Assembly (NCBI GenBank): GCA_963664305.2 | Contig: CAXXLV010000002.1 | Span: 448,001-512,000 of the forward strand | Source of the DNA: an uncultured Aliarcobacter sp. | GTDB lineage: Bacteria > Campylobacterota > Campylobacteria > Campylobacterales > Arcobacteraceae | DNA: 64,000 bases | Direction: 5' to 3' | Shown: positions 49,811 through 59,818 of the stretch, one piece after another | Layout of the letters: every line of letters starts with the position of its first letter | How positions within the stretch are numbered: the stretch's first letter is position 1 | Translations under genes and position numbers: made by a program | The notes under the pieces: generated by a model | The model's input: only the letters and a program-made list of their open reading frames with translations | Told to the model about the DNA's origin: nothing | Database searches by the model: none

Positions 49811-52618
49811 TTATAAACTAAGAGGTAATTTGATAGTAAAAAGCGCTCCATTTTCACTATTTCTAACACTTAGATTTCCTTTGCAGTGTTCGTCAATTAT
49901 GATTTTACTCATATAAAGCCCGATACCAGTTCCTTCTTTTTCTTTTTTTGTTGAAAAATATGGGTCAAATACTTTATCGATAATTCCAAGTGAAATTCCA
50001 CCTGCGTTATCATTTATTTCAATAACTGCAAAGTTGTCAATTTTTGAAGTTTTTATAAAAATCTTTTTATTTTTTATTTCTCTTTCATCAAAAGCATCTT
50101 CTGCATTTTTTAGAATAATTAAAATAACTTGTTGAACTTCATTTATATATGTTGTGATTTTTTCATTATATTGATTATCTATTTCTAGTTCTATATTTCT
50201 TGAAATAAGTGATGTTTTTATAATATTTATAGATTTTTCTATTATCTCTTTTAATGAACTATCAGATTTTATTTTATCACTTCTAAAAAAGTTTCTAAAA
50301 TCATCAATTGTTAATGAAAGATGTTGTGAATAATCATTTATCAATTTTAATTCTACTTCCAAATCTTTATTTTCAATTTTTTCAGCTAAGATGATTTTTA
50401 ATAATAAATTATTTGTTGTTGCACTAATTGCAGCAAGTGGTTGTCTCCACTGATGAGCTATCATACTAATCATTTCACCCATTTGTGCAAGTCTTGATTG
50501 TTGTATTAGTTGATTTGTTTTCTCTTTATTTTTTTTAATTTCTTCAGCAATTCTTTCTTCTAGTTTATAAGTTAGACTTTCTAACTCTTTTTCCATTTTT
50601 TTTCTTTTATTTATATCTCTAATCACTGTATGAATTAAAGGAACATTATCTATTTCAATATATGTTAAAACGATTTCTATCCACAAATTATCTAAATCTT
50701 TATTTTGGAAAATCCATTCAAAACTAGAAATTCCTTTTGTTATTGTTTCATTGATTTTTTCTTGAGCTTTTAGATTTGAATTTTCTCCATTTTCTTGATA
50801 AATAGGCGAAATATCAGGTAAAAATCTGTTTAAAAGTTCATCTTTTTCATATTGAAGAATTTTTAAACTAGCTTCGTTACAATCAATGATTTTATTATCT
50901 TTTATAAGTAAAACACCATCTGCTGATTTACTATATAATTTTTCAAAAAGTTCTTTTTGTTTTGCAATTTGTTTTGTTTTTTCAGCGATTTCATTATTTG
51001 CTAATTTTAAAGCTTTGTTGTGTTTATTTAAAATTATTTGTCTATATGTTAATACGCATAAAATAATAAAAATAAAAGATAAAACTTTCCATAAAAGAGA
51101 GTAATCATATGACTCTTTTAAAAAAGAGTTTGCCCATCTGTTTGAAATATTTGTATGTTCATACTCTTTTAGTTGTTCAATAGTTTTATTTAAAATCTTA
51201 TATAAAAGGTAATCCTCTTTTGAAACAGCAATTTTTGTATTTAATGTCAAATCTGTATATCTTGAGATAAAAATATCATTAAATGCATACTTTGATACAT
51301 AATAAGCAATAACAGGAAGAGGCTCAACTGCATAGTAAACTTTGTTATTATTTACAGCTTCTAGGGTTTCATAATCATCTTCTGTTTCAAAAATATCAAT
51401 ATTTGGATATTTTGATTTAAAATAGTCAATATTTTCAGAAGTTGATTTTTTTGCCATTGTTTTATCCAAAATATCATCAATACTTTCAACAACAGGTTTA
51501 TTTTTTTGTGTAATAATTGCAAGTTTATAACTCAAAATTGGATTTGTAAAAAGTGCAACTTCTTCTAGTTTGTTATCTTCTATAGTTGTTGGTAAGATGT
51601 CACAAAAGCCATCTTTTAAATATTGTGTTGCCATTTCATAACTATAAACTTTAATATTTTCAAATTTTATTTCAAGTTTTGTTGCAATTAAATTTAATAA
51701 ATCAATATTTATACCTTGATATTGATTGTTCTCATAAAACTCAATAGGTCTTAAATCAATAATATGACACATTTTTATCACTGATTTATTCTTTAAATAA
51801 GTTTTCTCTTCATTATTTAAAAAACTTTTTTCATTGTTAATATCAGTTGTACCAAACCATTTTCTTTTTAAATTTAGTAACTCTTCATCACTAACGCTAT
51901 TTTGAGCTTTAATAAATATTGAATTTAAAAGTGGTTTGTTTTTTGAAGTTGCAATACTTATATGACTAACTAATTTATTATCGTCAATATAATTTGTTGG
52001 TACAACTTCAGAGATATTTTTAGTTGAAATTATGTAGTCAATTACATTTTTTTTATCAATTGTTGCATCAGCTTTTCCTAAAGAGAGTAATTTCAAGGCT
52101 TCTACAGAATCTGTTACTAAAATTTGTTCTATATTTGGATAGTTTTTTTCTATATATTGTTGAGCAAAAAAACCTTTAGGCATTACTATTGTTTTACCTT
52201 CAAGTTTTTCTAAAGTATCTAGGTTTTCATTTCCTTTTTTTACATAAATGGCATTTGATGCAGAGTGATAAACGTTTGAAAAATTGAAATCTTTTTCTCT
52301 TTGGGGACTACTTGACATATTAATAATTGCATCAATTTCATCTTTTTTTAACATATGAACAAATTCATCCCAAGATGGACCAGAAATATATTTTACTTGA
52401 ACATGAAGTTTTTTTGCTAAAAGATTCATATAATCTATTACGAAACCTTTTGCTACACCATTTTCATTGAAATTATATGGTGGCCAGTATTGTTCATTAT
52501 GTAGTTTTAATGGTTGATTCTTTGAAAGAAATTCTAATTCTTCTTTTGTTAAGTCTATATTAGTTGTTGCATTTAAAAAAGTGCTAAAAAAGATAAGAAT
52601 TAGAAGTAAATATTTCAT
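49811..52618 (-). CDS. BvgS-like sensor histidine kinase (two SBP_bac_3-like domains, TM, PAS, HK)
   Basis: Signal peptide; WPPYNF module; PAS (DISPIYQENG); IAHQWRQPL; DNAGG; GTGIGL. Confidence 0.9.
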   Translation of the reverse strand: MKYLLLILIFFSTFLNATTNIDLTKEELEFLSKNQPLKLHNEQYWPPYNFNENGVAKGFVIDYMNLLAKKLHVQVKYISGPSWDEFVHMLKKDEIDAIINMSSSPQREKDFNFSNVYHSASNAIYVKKGNENLDTLEKLEGKTIVMPKGFFAQQYIEKNYPNIEQILVTDSVEALKLLSLGKADATIDKKNVIDYIISTKNISEVVPTNYIDDNKLVSHISIATSKNKPLLNSIFIKAQNSVSDEELLNLKRKWFGTTDINNEKSFLNNEEKTYLKNKSVIKMCHIIDLRPIEFYENNQYQGINIDLLNLIATKLEIKFENIKVYSYEMATQYLKDGFCDILPTTIEDNKLEEVALFTNPILSYKLAIITQKNKPVVESIDDILDKTMAKKSTSENIDYFKSKYPNIDIFETEDDYETLEAVNNNKVYYAVEPLPVIAYYVSKYAFNDIFISRYTDLTLNTKIAVSKEDYLLYKILNKTIEQLKEYEHTNISNRWANSFLKESYDYSLLWKVLSFIFIILCVLTYRQIILNKHNKALKLANNEIAEKTKQIAKQKELFEKLYSKSADGVLLIKDNKIIDCNEASLKILQYEKDELLNRFLPDISPIYQENGENSNLKAQEKINETITKGISSFEWIFQNKDLDNLWIEIVLTYIEIDNVPLIHTVIRDINKRKKMEKELESLTYKLEERIAEEIKKNKEKTNQLIQQSRLAQMGEMISMIAHQWRQPLAAISATTNNLLLKIILAEKIENKDLEVELKLINDYSQHLSLTIDDFRNFFRSDKIKSDSSLKEIIEKSINIIKTSLISRNIELEIDNQYNEKITTYINEVQQVILIILKNAEDAFDEREIKNKKIFIKTSKIDNFAVIEINDNAGGISLGIIDKVFDPYFSTKKEKEGTGIGLYMSKIIIDEHCKGNLSVRNSENGALFTIKLPLSL

Positions 52619-53334
52619 TATTCATCTTCATATTTAAGTGTATATCCAAAAGAATAAACTGCTTCAAATAAGTCACAATTTAGTTTTACTTTTAACCTAG
52701 TCATTAAATTTCTTAGTCTTTTTGTATTATCTTCACAATTGTTAAATAGATTATATTCTATCTCTTCATAAGTTTTTGATACAGCTTTTGTTGTAATAAA
52801 TAATTCAAAAAGCATTCTTTCATATTTTGATAATTTTATGATTTCATTTTCTTTTAATAATTGATTTGAAGTTTTATCCCAAACGAAACTATGTTTTAAT
52901 TTAATTTTATTATCGTATTTCTTTTTTATATCATATTTATCAAGTAATTTTTCAAGAGTTTCTGCAATTTGCTCTAAAGTGTAGGGTTTTAGTATATATC
53001 CATCAATTCCTTCGTTGATAGTTTTCATAAAATATTCTTTATCATCATGTGCTGAAAGTACAATTATAGGAATTTTTTTATTTTTTATTCTTACAGTTTC
53101 AATTAATGATATTCCATCAACTAAAGGCATTTTTATATCTGTTATGATTAAATCAAAACACTCTTTATTAAATAAATCAAGAGCGATTTTTCCATTGTCT
53201 GCTAATTCAATTTTATTAAAAAATGAAGATAACATTTTATTTGTTTGAAATTGTACATCAAGATTATCTTCTATATACAAAACATTAAAATTTTTTGTAT
53301 AAGTTATAATATTCTTTAATTTATCACTATGCAT
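52618..53334 (-). CDS. OmpR-family response regulator
   Basis: LYIEDN, IITDIKMP, VLSAH, ILKP; stop overlaps the kinase start. Confidence 0.92.
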   Translation of the reverse strand: MHSDKLKNIITYTKNFNVLYIEDNLDVQFQTNKMLSSFFNKIELADNGKIALDLFNKECFDLIITDIKMPLVDGISLIETVRIKNKKIPIIVLSAHDDKEYFMKTINEGIDGYILKPYTLEQIAETLEKLLDKYDIKKKYDNKIKLKHSFVWDKTSNQLLKENEIIKLSKYERMLFELFITTKAVSKTYEEIEYNLFNNCEDNTKRLRNLMTRLKVKLNCDLFEAVYSFGYTLKYEDE

Positions 53335-53424
53335 TCTTTCCCTAAGAATTGATTTAAAAAAAGGATTATATGAAAAAAATGATGTTAAAAAGTTAAATTT
53401 GTGATTTTATATGAGAAAATAATT

Positions 53425-53457
53425 TATTAAGGAGTTTAATAATGTAACTCCTTAATA
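53425..53457 (-). terminator. Intrinsic terminator of ccsBA
   Basis: TATTAAGGAGTT-N9-AACTCCTTAATA just after the ccsBA stop. Confidence 0.65.
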
Positions 53458-53463
53458 GTTTTT

Positions 53464-56205
53464 TTAGATAGTTTCTTTTAAATCTTTGTTTCTTATTGCA
53501 AGTAAAATAGTAATAATAACTAAAGATACAGTTACGTAAGCCCAAACTGGAATTGGAACTGGATCACCTGTTGCATAAGAGTGCATTCCTGATAAATAGA
53601 AGTTAACTCCTAAATAAGTCATTAAAATAGAACTAAATGCTAATACAGATGCTGTTGCAAATACAAATGGAGTATTTAGAGATTTTACAAATCTTAAATG
53701 AATTACAAATGCATAAACAACGATTGATACATAAGCCCAAGTCTCTTTTGGATCCCAGCCCCAATATCTTCCCCAAGATTCATTTGCCCAAACTCCACCA
53801 AGGAAGTTACCAACAGTAATAGCTGCAAGTCCAATAATTAAAGCAATTTCATTAATAGCTGTAACGTGTTTGATTATATCATCAAGGTGTGGTCTATTTT
53901 TTCTAAAAATAAACATGATTAATGTTAAGAAACCTAAAATTGCTCCAAGTCCAAAGAATCCATAAGAAGCTGTTAAAATTGAAACGTGGATAGTTAACCA
54001 GTATGATTTTAAAACTGGAACTAAGTTTGTAATTTGTGGGTCAACATCTGTTAGGTGAGCTGTAAACATAAAAATTCCAGCAATAATAACAGCTGCACTT
54101 AATGCTAAAAGAGATTTTCTAAAGAAAATAACTCCTGCAAATACTGCAGACCAAGAGATATAAACTAATGTTTCATAAATATTTGACCAAGGTGCATGTC
54201 CTGATAGAACCCATCTATAACCCATACCAAATGTTTGTAAAGCAAATAAAATTGCCAAAATTACAAAGAATGATGTAGTGATTTTTTTAGGTTTAAACTC
54301 AGGTTTGAAAATCACAATAAATGCTACAACTAACATTACAAAACCAAGAAGTACATATGCTAAAGTTAATTTGAAGAAGATATCAATTTTATTAAATAAT
54401 ATTTCAGCGTCAATTTTTGATTTTGAAAGCATTACATCTGCTCCAACTTTTTCTTGATATAATGAAATCATATTAATAAAGTTGTCTGCATCTTCCCATT
54501 TTCCTTCAACAATAGCGTTTACAAAACCTCTTGTTATAGTTTCAACTGCTGCTTGATTTTGTCCTGTAAAAGTTTGCATAGCTTCTAATGGAGAATACCA
54601 TTTTGAATTATCATCTTGAGCTGTTGTATCTTTAACTTTTGGGAAGATATTTAATAATGAACCATTAAATACTGAATACATAATATTTAATTTTTCATCT
54701 AATTTGATAATATCTTTTTCGTAAGTTCCTCTTTCAATTGGTTTTGTTTGAAGAGCTTTTTCTGCTTCAGCTGCTAATAAATATTCACCATTTCTAAATA
54801 CTTCAGAAAAGGCAATATATTTTTCATTTACATCAACACCTAAAAATTTTTTTAATTTTGGTGTTTGGATTTTTATCATCTTAACATCTTTCCAAACATC
54901 AGGTTTAGATAACATTCCTAAAATTAATTGGTCAGCAGTCATTCCTAAAAAAGATGCTTTTCCACTTAATTTTTGAATAATTTCTCTATCTAAAGTTGCT
55001 AATGGTTTCATTCTTCCACCATTACTTTGTACAACTAAATGACCAAATTTATCAGCTGTTTGTAAAGATTCATCTTTTAATTTATTTAAATAATCTACAG
55101 TTTGTGTTGTAGCATCTACTTCTGGCTGATTTTCAGCAGCATTAAGTGATACTGTACTAAAAGCACATGCAATAACAATTGCAATCGATGCAAGATTTTT
55201 ACCACTAACAAATTTTGTTAATTTCCAAAATCTTGATTTTTTGTCAAAGAAATTCATTAATAATCCAAGTGTTAATAAGAAATATCCTAAATAAGTTGGC
55301 CATTTTCCTGGGTCATTATTTACAGATAAAATTGTTCCTGTTTCATCAGGAAAATAAGAACTTTGGAAAAATAAGAAGTTTCCTTCATTTAAAGTTCTAT
55401 TCATAAATATTCTATAATCATAAGATTTTCCATCTTCTTTAATAACTGTAACTTCAGATGCATAAGAAGAAGGAGACATACTTCCTGGATATCTATCTAA
55501 TTGGAAGTCATTTAACTTGATAGAAAACGGTAAATCAATTATTTTTGAACCATAACCTAAAGTTACTTTTATATCTCCAAATTGTAAATCTCTAGGAATT
55601 GGAGCTTGTCCTCTCATTCCTGGTAATCTAATTTCTTGTTTTTCTCCATTTAAATTAACTTCAACAGTTGTTAATCCCATTTTTCCACCATTTTTCTTAA
55701 CAAACATATAATCTTTATAATTTACTTCTAAAGATTTATCTCCAAAATGAATAACATGTGAAAAATTGTTTAAAGATGAAAGTAATGAAGTGAACTCTTT
55801 TTGATATTCTTGGTAATAAACTTGATTTCCATCAGTTATAGTAACTTGTAAATAAGGTTCAAGTGAAAGCATTTTATTTTCTGTTTGACCTTCTGGTATT
55901 TGCATAATACCTTCATATCCAACATATCTTGTTATTCCTGCACCAATAAGAATAATTACAAAAGATGAGTGGAAGATAAATCGTGCTTTGCTTTTCCACA
56001 TTTTATATTTAAAAATTATTCCGATTAGATTAATAGTAGTTAATACAAGAACAGTTTCATACCATAGGTTATTGTAAACCAAAACTCTTGCTGAAGATGT
56101 ACCAAAATCATTTTCTATAAAGGTAGCAACTCCCGCCCCAATTGCTAGTAAAGCAAGTAAAATCAATGTAGTCTTAAATGAGAATAAGACATTTATAAGC
56201 TTCAA
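53464..56205 (-). CDS. ccsA: Fused system II cytochrome c synthase CcsBA
   Basis: ResB-like N-terminus (FHSSF, YPGSMSPSSYASEV); GHAPWSN; WWD domain GGVWANESWGRYWGWDPKETW; GMHSYA. Confidence 0.95.
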   Translation of the reverse strand: MKLINVLFSFKTTLILLALLAIGAGVATFIENDFGTSSARVLVYNNLWYETVLVLTTINLIGIIFKYKMWKSKARFIFHSSFVIILIGAGITRYVGYEGIMQIPEGQTENKMLSLEPYLQVTITDGNQVYYQEYQKEFTSLLSSLNNFSHVIHFGDKSLEVNYKDYMFVKKNGGKMGLTTVEVNLNGEKQEIRLPGMRGQAPIPRDLQFGDIKVTLGYGSKIIDLPFSIKLNDFQLDRYPGSMSPSSYASEVTVIKEDGKSYDYRIFMNRTLNEGNFLFFQSSYFPDETGTILSVNNDPGKWPTYLGYFLLTLGLLMNFFDKKSRFWKLTKFVSGKNLASIAIVIACAFSTVSLNAAENQPEVDATTQTVDYLNKLKDESLQTADKFGHLVVQSNGGRMKPLATLDREIIQKLSGKASFLGMTADQLILGMLSKPDVWKDVKMIKIQTPKLKKFLGVDVNEKYIAFSEVFRNGEYLLAAEAEKALQTKPIERGTYEKDIIKLDEKLNIMYSVFNGSLLNIFPKVKDTTAQDDNSKWYSPLEAMQTFTGQNQAAVETITRGFVNAIVEGKWEDADNFINMISLYQEKVGADVMLSKSKIDAEILFNKIDIFFKLTLAYVLLGFVMLVVAFIVIFKPEFKPKKITTSFFVILAILFALQTFGMGYRWVLSGHAPWSNIYETLVYISWSAVFAGVIFFRKSLLALSAAVIIAGIFMFTAHLTDVDPQITNLVPVLKSYWLTIHVSILTASYGFFGLGAILGFLTLIMFIFRKNRPHLDDIIKHVTAINEIALIIGLAAITVGNFLGGVWANESWGRYWGWDPKETWAYVSIVVYAFVIHLRFVKSLNTPFVFATASVLAFSSILMTYLGVNFYLSGMHSYATGDPVPIPVWAYVTVSLVIITILLAIRNKDLKETI

Positions 56206-56235
56206 AAAATATCCTTTAAAATTTTTATTTTGATG

Positions 56236-56291
56236 ATTATATTAATAAGAAGTTAACTCAGCGTTAATGAAATGTCAATTTTATGTCATCC
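56236..56291 (-). promoter_or_regulatory. ccsBA promoter with four 11-bp-phased repeats upstream of TATAAT
   Basis: Minus strand GGATGAC-N4-AATTGAC-N4-CATTAAC-N4-AGTTAAC-N10-TATAAT. Confidence 0.45.
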
Positions 56292-56338
56292 TTATTAATT
56301 TAAGATGGAATTTTATCTTAAAAATTTATAATTACGTC

Positions 56339-57253
56339 ATGAATTTAGAAATATTACAAAATAAAAAACAAGAATGTCGTACTTGGAAAAATGTTGAGCC
56401 TTGGTATTTACAACTTCAAGAAGCTTGTAAAATAGAAAAAGCTGATTTAAAAATAGATTATGGGGATTGGTTTAGTGTTGGAGAAAAAGAGGATTTAACA
56501 CAAGAAGAATATGAAGTTGTTTTAGAAACAGCTAAAAAATTAATTCCTTGGAGAAAAGGTCCTTTTAAAGTTTTTGGTTTAGAAATAGATAGCGAATGGC
56601 AAAGTAACATTAAATATAATTTGATACGTCCATATTTTAATCTTAAAGATAAGGTTGTTGCAGATATTGGTTGTAACAATGGTTATTATATGTTTAGAAT
56701 GCTTGAAGATAAACCTAAAAGATTAATTGGATTTGACCCAAGTCCGTTGACTTTACATCAATTTGAGTTCATTAATCATTTTGTAAAATCTGATATTATT
56801 TATGAAATGTTAGGTGTTGAGCATTTAGAATTCTATAATCATAAATTTGATTTTATTTTTATGTTAGGTGTTTTATATCATAGACCAGACCCAGTTGGAA
56901 CTTTAAAATCATTGGCTAGAGGATTAAATAGCAAAGGTGAAATCTTAATTGATACTTTTATGATAGATGGAGAAGAAGAAATTTGTTTAACACCAAATAA
57001 AAGATATTCAAAAATCCCAAATATCTATTTTATTCCAACAATTCCAGCACTTAAAAATTGGTTAGAAAGAGCAGGGTTTGAGAATATTGAAGTATTAGCA
57101 ACAACTGTAACAACGAGTGAAGAACAAAGAAAAACAGAATGGTCATTTGACCAAAGTTTAGAAGATTTTTTAGACCCAAATGATAATACAAAAACAGTTG
57201 AGGGATATCCTGCACCTAAAAGAGTTTATATAAAAGCTAGAAAAGTTTTATAA
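56339..57253 (+). CDS. cmoB: tRNA U34 carboxymethyltransferase CmoB
   Basis: LIPWRKGPF, IDSEWQS, ADIGCNNGYY, GFDPS, LGVLYHR, TVEGYPAPKR; start placed at ATG 56339. Confidence 0.95.
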   Translation: MNLEILQNKKQECRTWKNVEPWYLQLQEACKIEKADLKIDYGDWFSVGEKEDLTQEEYEVVLETAKKLIPWRKGPFKVFGLEIDSEWQSNIKYNLIRPYFNLKDKVVADIGCNNGYYMFRMLEDKPKRLIGFDPSPLTLHQFEFINHFVKSDIIYEMLGVEHLEFYNHKFDFIFMLGVLYHRPDPVGTLKSLARGLNSKGEILIDTFMIDGEEEICLTPNKRYSKIPNIYFIPTIPALKNWLERAGFENIEVLATTVTTSEEQRKTEWSFDQSLEDFLDPNDNTKTVEGYPAPKRVYIKARKVL

Positions 57254-57261
57254 AAGATAAA

Positions 57262-57291
57262 ATACTATAGATTAAAATAAATCTATAGTAT
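57262..57291. terminator. Intrinsic terminator between cmoB and the GGDEF gene
   Basis: ATACTATAGATT-N6-AATCTATAGTAT. Confidence 0.6.
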
Positions 57292-58246
57292 CTTCTGCAC
57301 TTAAATCACTAAATTTGAATAATTGACTTCTACCTTTATTTTTCGCTTCATAAAGAGCAATGTCAGCATTTTTTATACATTCTGTAATTGAAGAATCAGA
57401 ATCAATTTTATAAATTTCAAATCCTATGCAGATAGTTTTTTTCAAAATTTGTTTTGTTTCTTCATTTACAACTATGTCAACTAAAGCAAAATCAGAGATG
57501 ATTTTCTTAGCTAATTCAGTTGCATGATATTCATTGGCATTATTTAAAATAGATACTAAAAATTCATCTCCATTTAATCTTCCAACCATATCAAATTCAT
57601 TTATATTTGAGTGAATTACTTTTGCTAGTTCAATTAAAACTTTATCTGCAACATCATAATCAAACTCATCAATAACAGCTTTAAAATGGTCAATACCAAT
57701 CATTAAAAAATATATTTCAGTTTGTTTATTATTTGAAATTCTAAGATGTTTAGTTAGATTATCAATAAGATAATTTCTATTATAAACATTTGTTACTGAG
57801 TCTAAAGAAGAAGAATCTATAAAATTCTTTTTCAATATAGCACTTTGAACCATAGGAGAAACTTGAAAAAATGCTGCTTCAATAACAGAATATCTCTCTT
57901 CTAAAATCTTATGGTGAACTTTTGATGTTGCACAAAATGAAACAGTTGCATTTAAACTTGTATGAGTATTTATTATAAAAAAATGCGATAAATCATCATC
58001 TAAAAAGAAATCTTGTCCTTTTACTAAAATTTCTTCTTTTGTATTTTTATTTATGTCAAATAATGAAAATACCATATTATCTATATTAAATTCTTTATTT
58101 AACCAGTTAAAAATATCTTCTGCTAATTGTTTTATATTTGTGGCATATTGAAGCTGTTCATGAAGATTAAAAATGCTAACTAAAGATTTATAAGCATCTT
58201 CATTTGTAGCAGATAATTTAATTAATTCAAGAATTTTATTTTTCAT
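57272..58246 (-). CDS. Degenerate GGDEF-domain protein (NGDEF)
   Basis: DSVTNVYNR, GIDHFKAVIDEFDY, GRLNGDEF, ADIALYEAKNKGR. Confidence 0.85.
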   Translation of the reverse strand: MKNKILELIKLSATNEDAYKSLVSIFNLHEQLQYATNIKQLAEDIFNWLNKEFNIDNMVFSLFDINKNTKEEILVKGQDFFLDDDLSHFFIINTHTSLNATVSFCATSKVHHKILEERYSVIEAAFFQVSPMVQSAILKKNFIDSSSLDSVTNVYNRNYLIDNLTKHLRISNNKQTEIYFLMIGIDHFKAVIDEFDYDVADKVLIELAKVIHSNINEFDMVGRLNGDEFLVSILNNANEYHATELAKKIISDFALVDIVVNEETKQILKKTICIGFEIYKIDSDSSITECIKNADIALYEAKNKGRSQLFKFSDLSAEDTIDLF

Positions 58247-58254
58247 ATTTTTAC

Positions 58255-59157
58255 CTAAAAGAAATCTATTTTATTTGTATCTTCTTCATTGAATAAAAAA
58301 ACTTGTCCTCTTCCTCTATTTTTAGCTTCATATAGAGCAATGTCAGATTTTTTTATGATTTCTTCAATTGTTGTTGCATTATCTGGATAAATAGATATTC
58401 CACCACAAATTGTTTTCATTAATACTTGTTTTGTCTCTTCATTAATAACAACTTTTTCTTTACTGAAGTTATTAATAAGTTTTTCAGTAATGAGTATAGC
58501 ATTGTTTTCATTAATTATATTTAATAAAATAACCAAAAATTCGTCATTTGAGATTTTGATAACTATATCTGATTCTCTTACACTATTTTTTAAAGTTTGG
58601 GCTAACGCTTTTAAAACTTTATCTCCAATTTCATAATCAAATTCATCAATTACTGCTTTAAATTGGTCAATTGCTATTTTAACAAATGCTATTTTCTTTT
58701 GTTCTCTGTTTGATAAACTCAAAAGATTTCCAACATAATTATTTAAATAACATCTATTATATGAGCCTGTAACATGGTCAACTAGTGACATTTCACTTAA
58801 AGTTTTTTCCATATATTTATTATATAAAGATTGCGAAAAAATTTGTAAAGATAGTTTAATAAAATTTAGATTTTCTTTTATTGAATTAAATTCTTCTTCC
58901 GTTTTTGATAAAAAACTAAAGATTATTTCAGTGTCACAACTTTGTTTAAATTCTAGGGTATTTATAAAATAATTTATTTGTGGGTTAGAACATGAAAATA
59001 AATTCTCAATTTTATCATTTTTCTTAATATCAATTTTAAGAGTTTCTATTTTGTGATGTAAGTTTAAATAATCAAAAATATTTAAACAACTTTTTTCTAA
59101 ATCAGAAAGTTTTAATTTTTCATTCTCATTTATAATCGTTTCGCAAGATAAATTCAT
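58255..59157 (-). CDS. Degenerate GGDEF-domain protein (SNDEF, RxxD I-site retained)
   Basis: DHVTGSYNR, AIDQFKAVIDEFDY, RESD-IVIKI-SNDEF, SDIALYEAKNRGR. Confidence 0.85.
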   Translation of the reverse strand: MNLSCETIINENEKLKLSDLEKSCLNIFDYLNLHHKIETLKIDIKKNDKIENLFSCSNPQINYFINTLEFKQSCDTEIIFSFLSKTEEEFNSIKENLNFIKLSLQIFSQSLYNKYMEKTLSEMSLVDHVTGSYNRCYLNNYVGNLLSLSNREQKKIAFVKIAIDQFKAVIDEFDYEIGDKVLKALAQTLKNSVRESDIVIKISNDEFLVILLNIINENNAILITEKLINNFSKEKVVINEETKQVLMKTICGGISIYPDNATTIEEIIKKSDIALYEAKNRGRGQVFLFNEEDTNKIDFF

Positions 59158-59170
59158 AAATCAAGCCTTT

Positions 59171-59764
59171 TTATATATGTTTTTCCCATTGTCTAAGAGA
59201 AGGAATTTCATTTCTTAATGTCGTTTTATCCCCATGCCCTGGATAAATATGAAAATCTTCTTCCCATTTTAAAATTTTATTTAAACTTCGTTTCATTAAC
59301 GTAGCATTTGAATTAGGGAAGTCAAATCTTCCAATAGTTCCTTTAAAAATAAAGTCTCCACTAAATAAATGTTTGTCAATTTGAATAGCACTACAACCAG
59401 GAGTATGACCTGGAAAATGATGAAATTTTATTTTTATTCCTTCTATTTCTAACTCTTCATCTGGATTAACAAGAACATCAGCGAAAGATGCAGGCATTCC
59501 TAATCCATATGGATCTAATGTTAACATAAATTCATCATCTTTTGGAGTGTAAAGTTTAATTCCAAAATTTTCTTTTACAGCTTGATTTGACCATACATGG
59601 TCAAAATGTCCATGTGTATTTAAAACTGCTATTGGATTTTTTGCGTACATTTTTAGCCAAGAAAGTGCATTAACCCCTGGATCTATGATTATATCTTTTT
59701 CATTAATTGTTACGATATAACAATTAGTTTGATAGTCACCCATTGGTTGTACTTTTATATCCAT
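59171..59764 (-). CDS. MBL-fold metallohydrolase (glyoxalase II/YcbL-like)
   Basis: TNCY, IIDPG, NTHGHFDH, PGHTPG, FSGD, YPGHG. Confidence 0.92.
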   Translation of the reverse strand: MDIKVQPMGDYQTNCYIVTINEKDIIIDPGVNALSWLKMYAKNPIAVLNTHGHFDHVWSNQAVKENFGIKLYTPKDDEFMLTLDPYGLGMPASFADVLVNPDEELEIEGIKIKFHHFPGHTPGCSAIQIDKHLFSGDFIFKGTIGRFDFPNSNATLMKRSLNKILKWEEDFHIYPGHGDKTTLRNEIPSLRQWEKHI

Positions 59765-59818
59765 TTTAAACCTTACTTTGATAAAATTAAATTCATTATA
59801 TCAAAAAAGAGGTTATTT

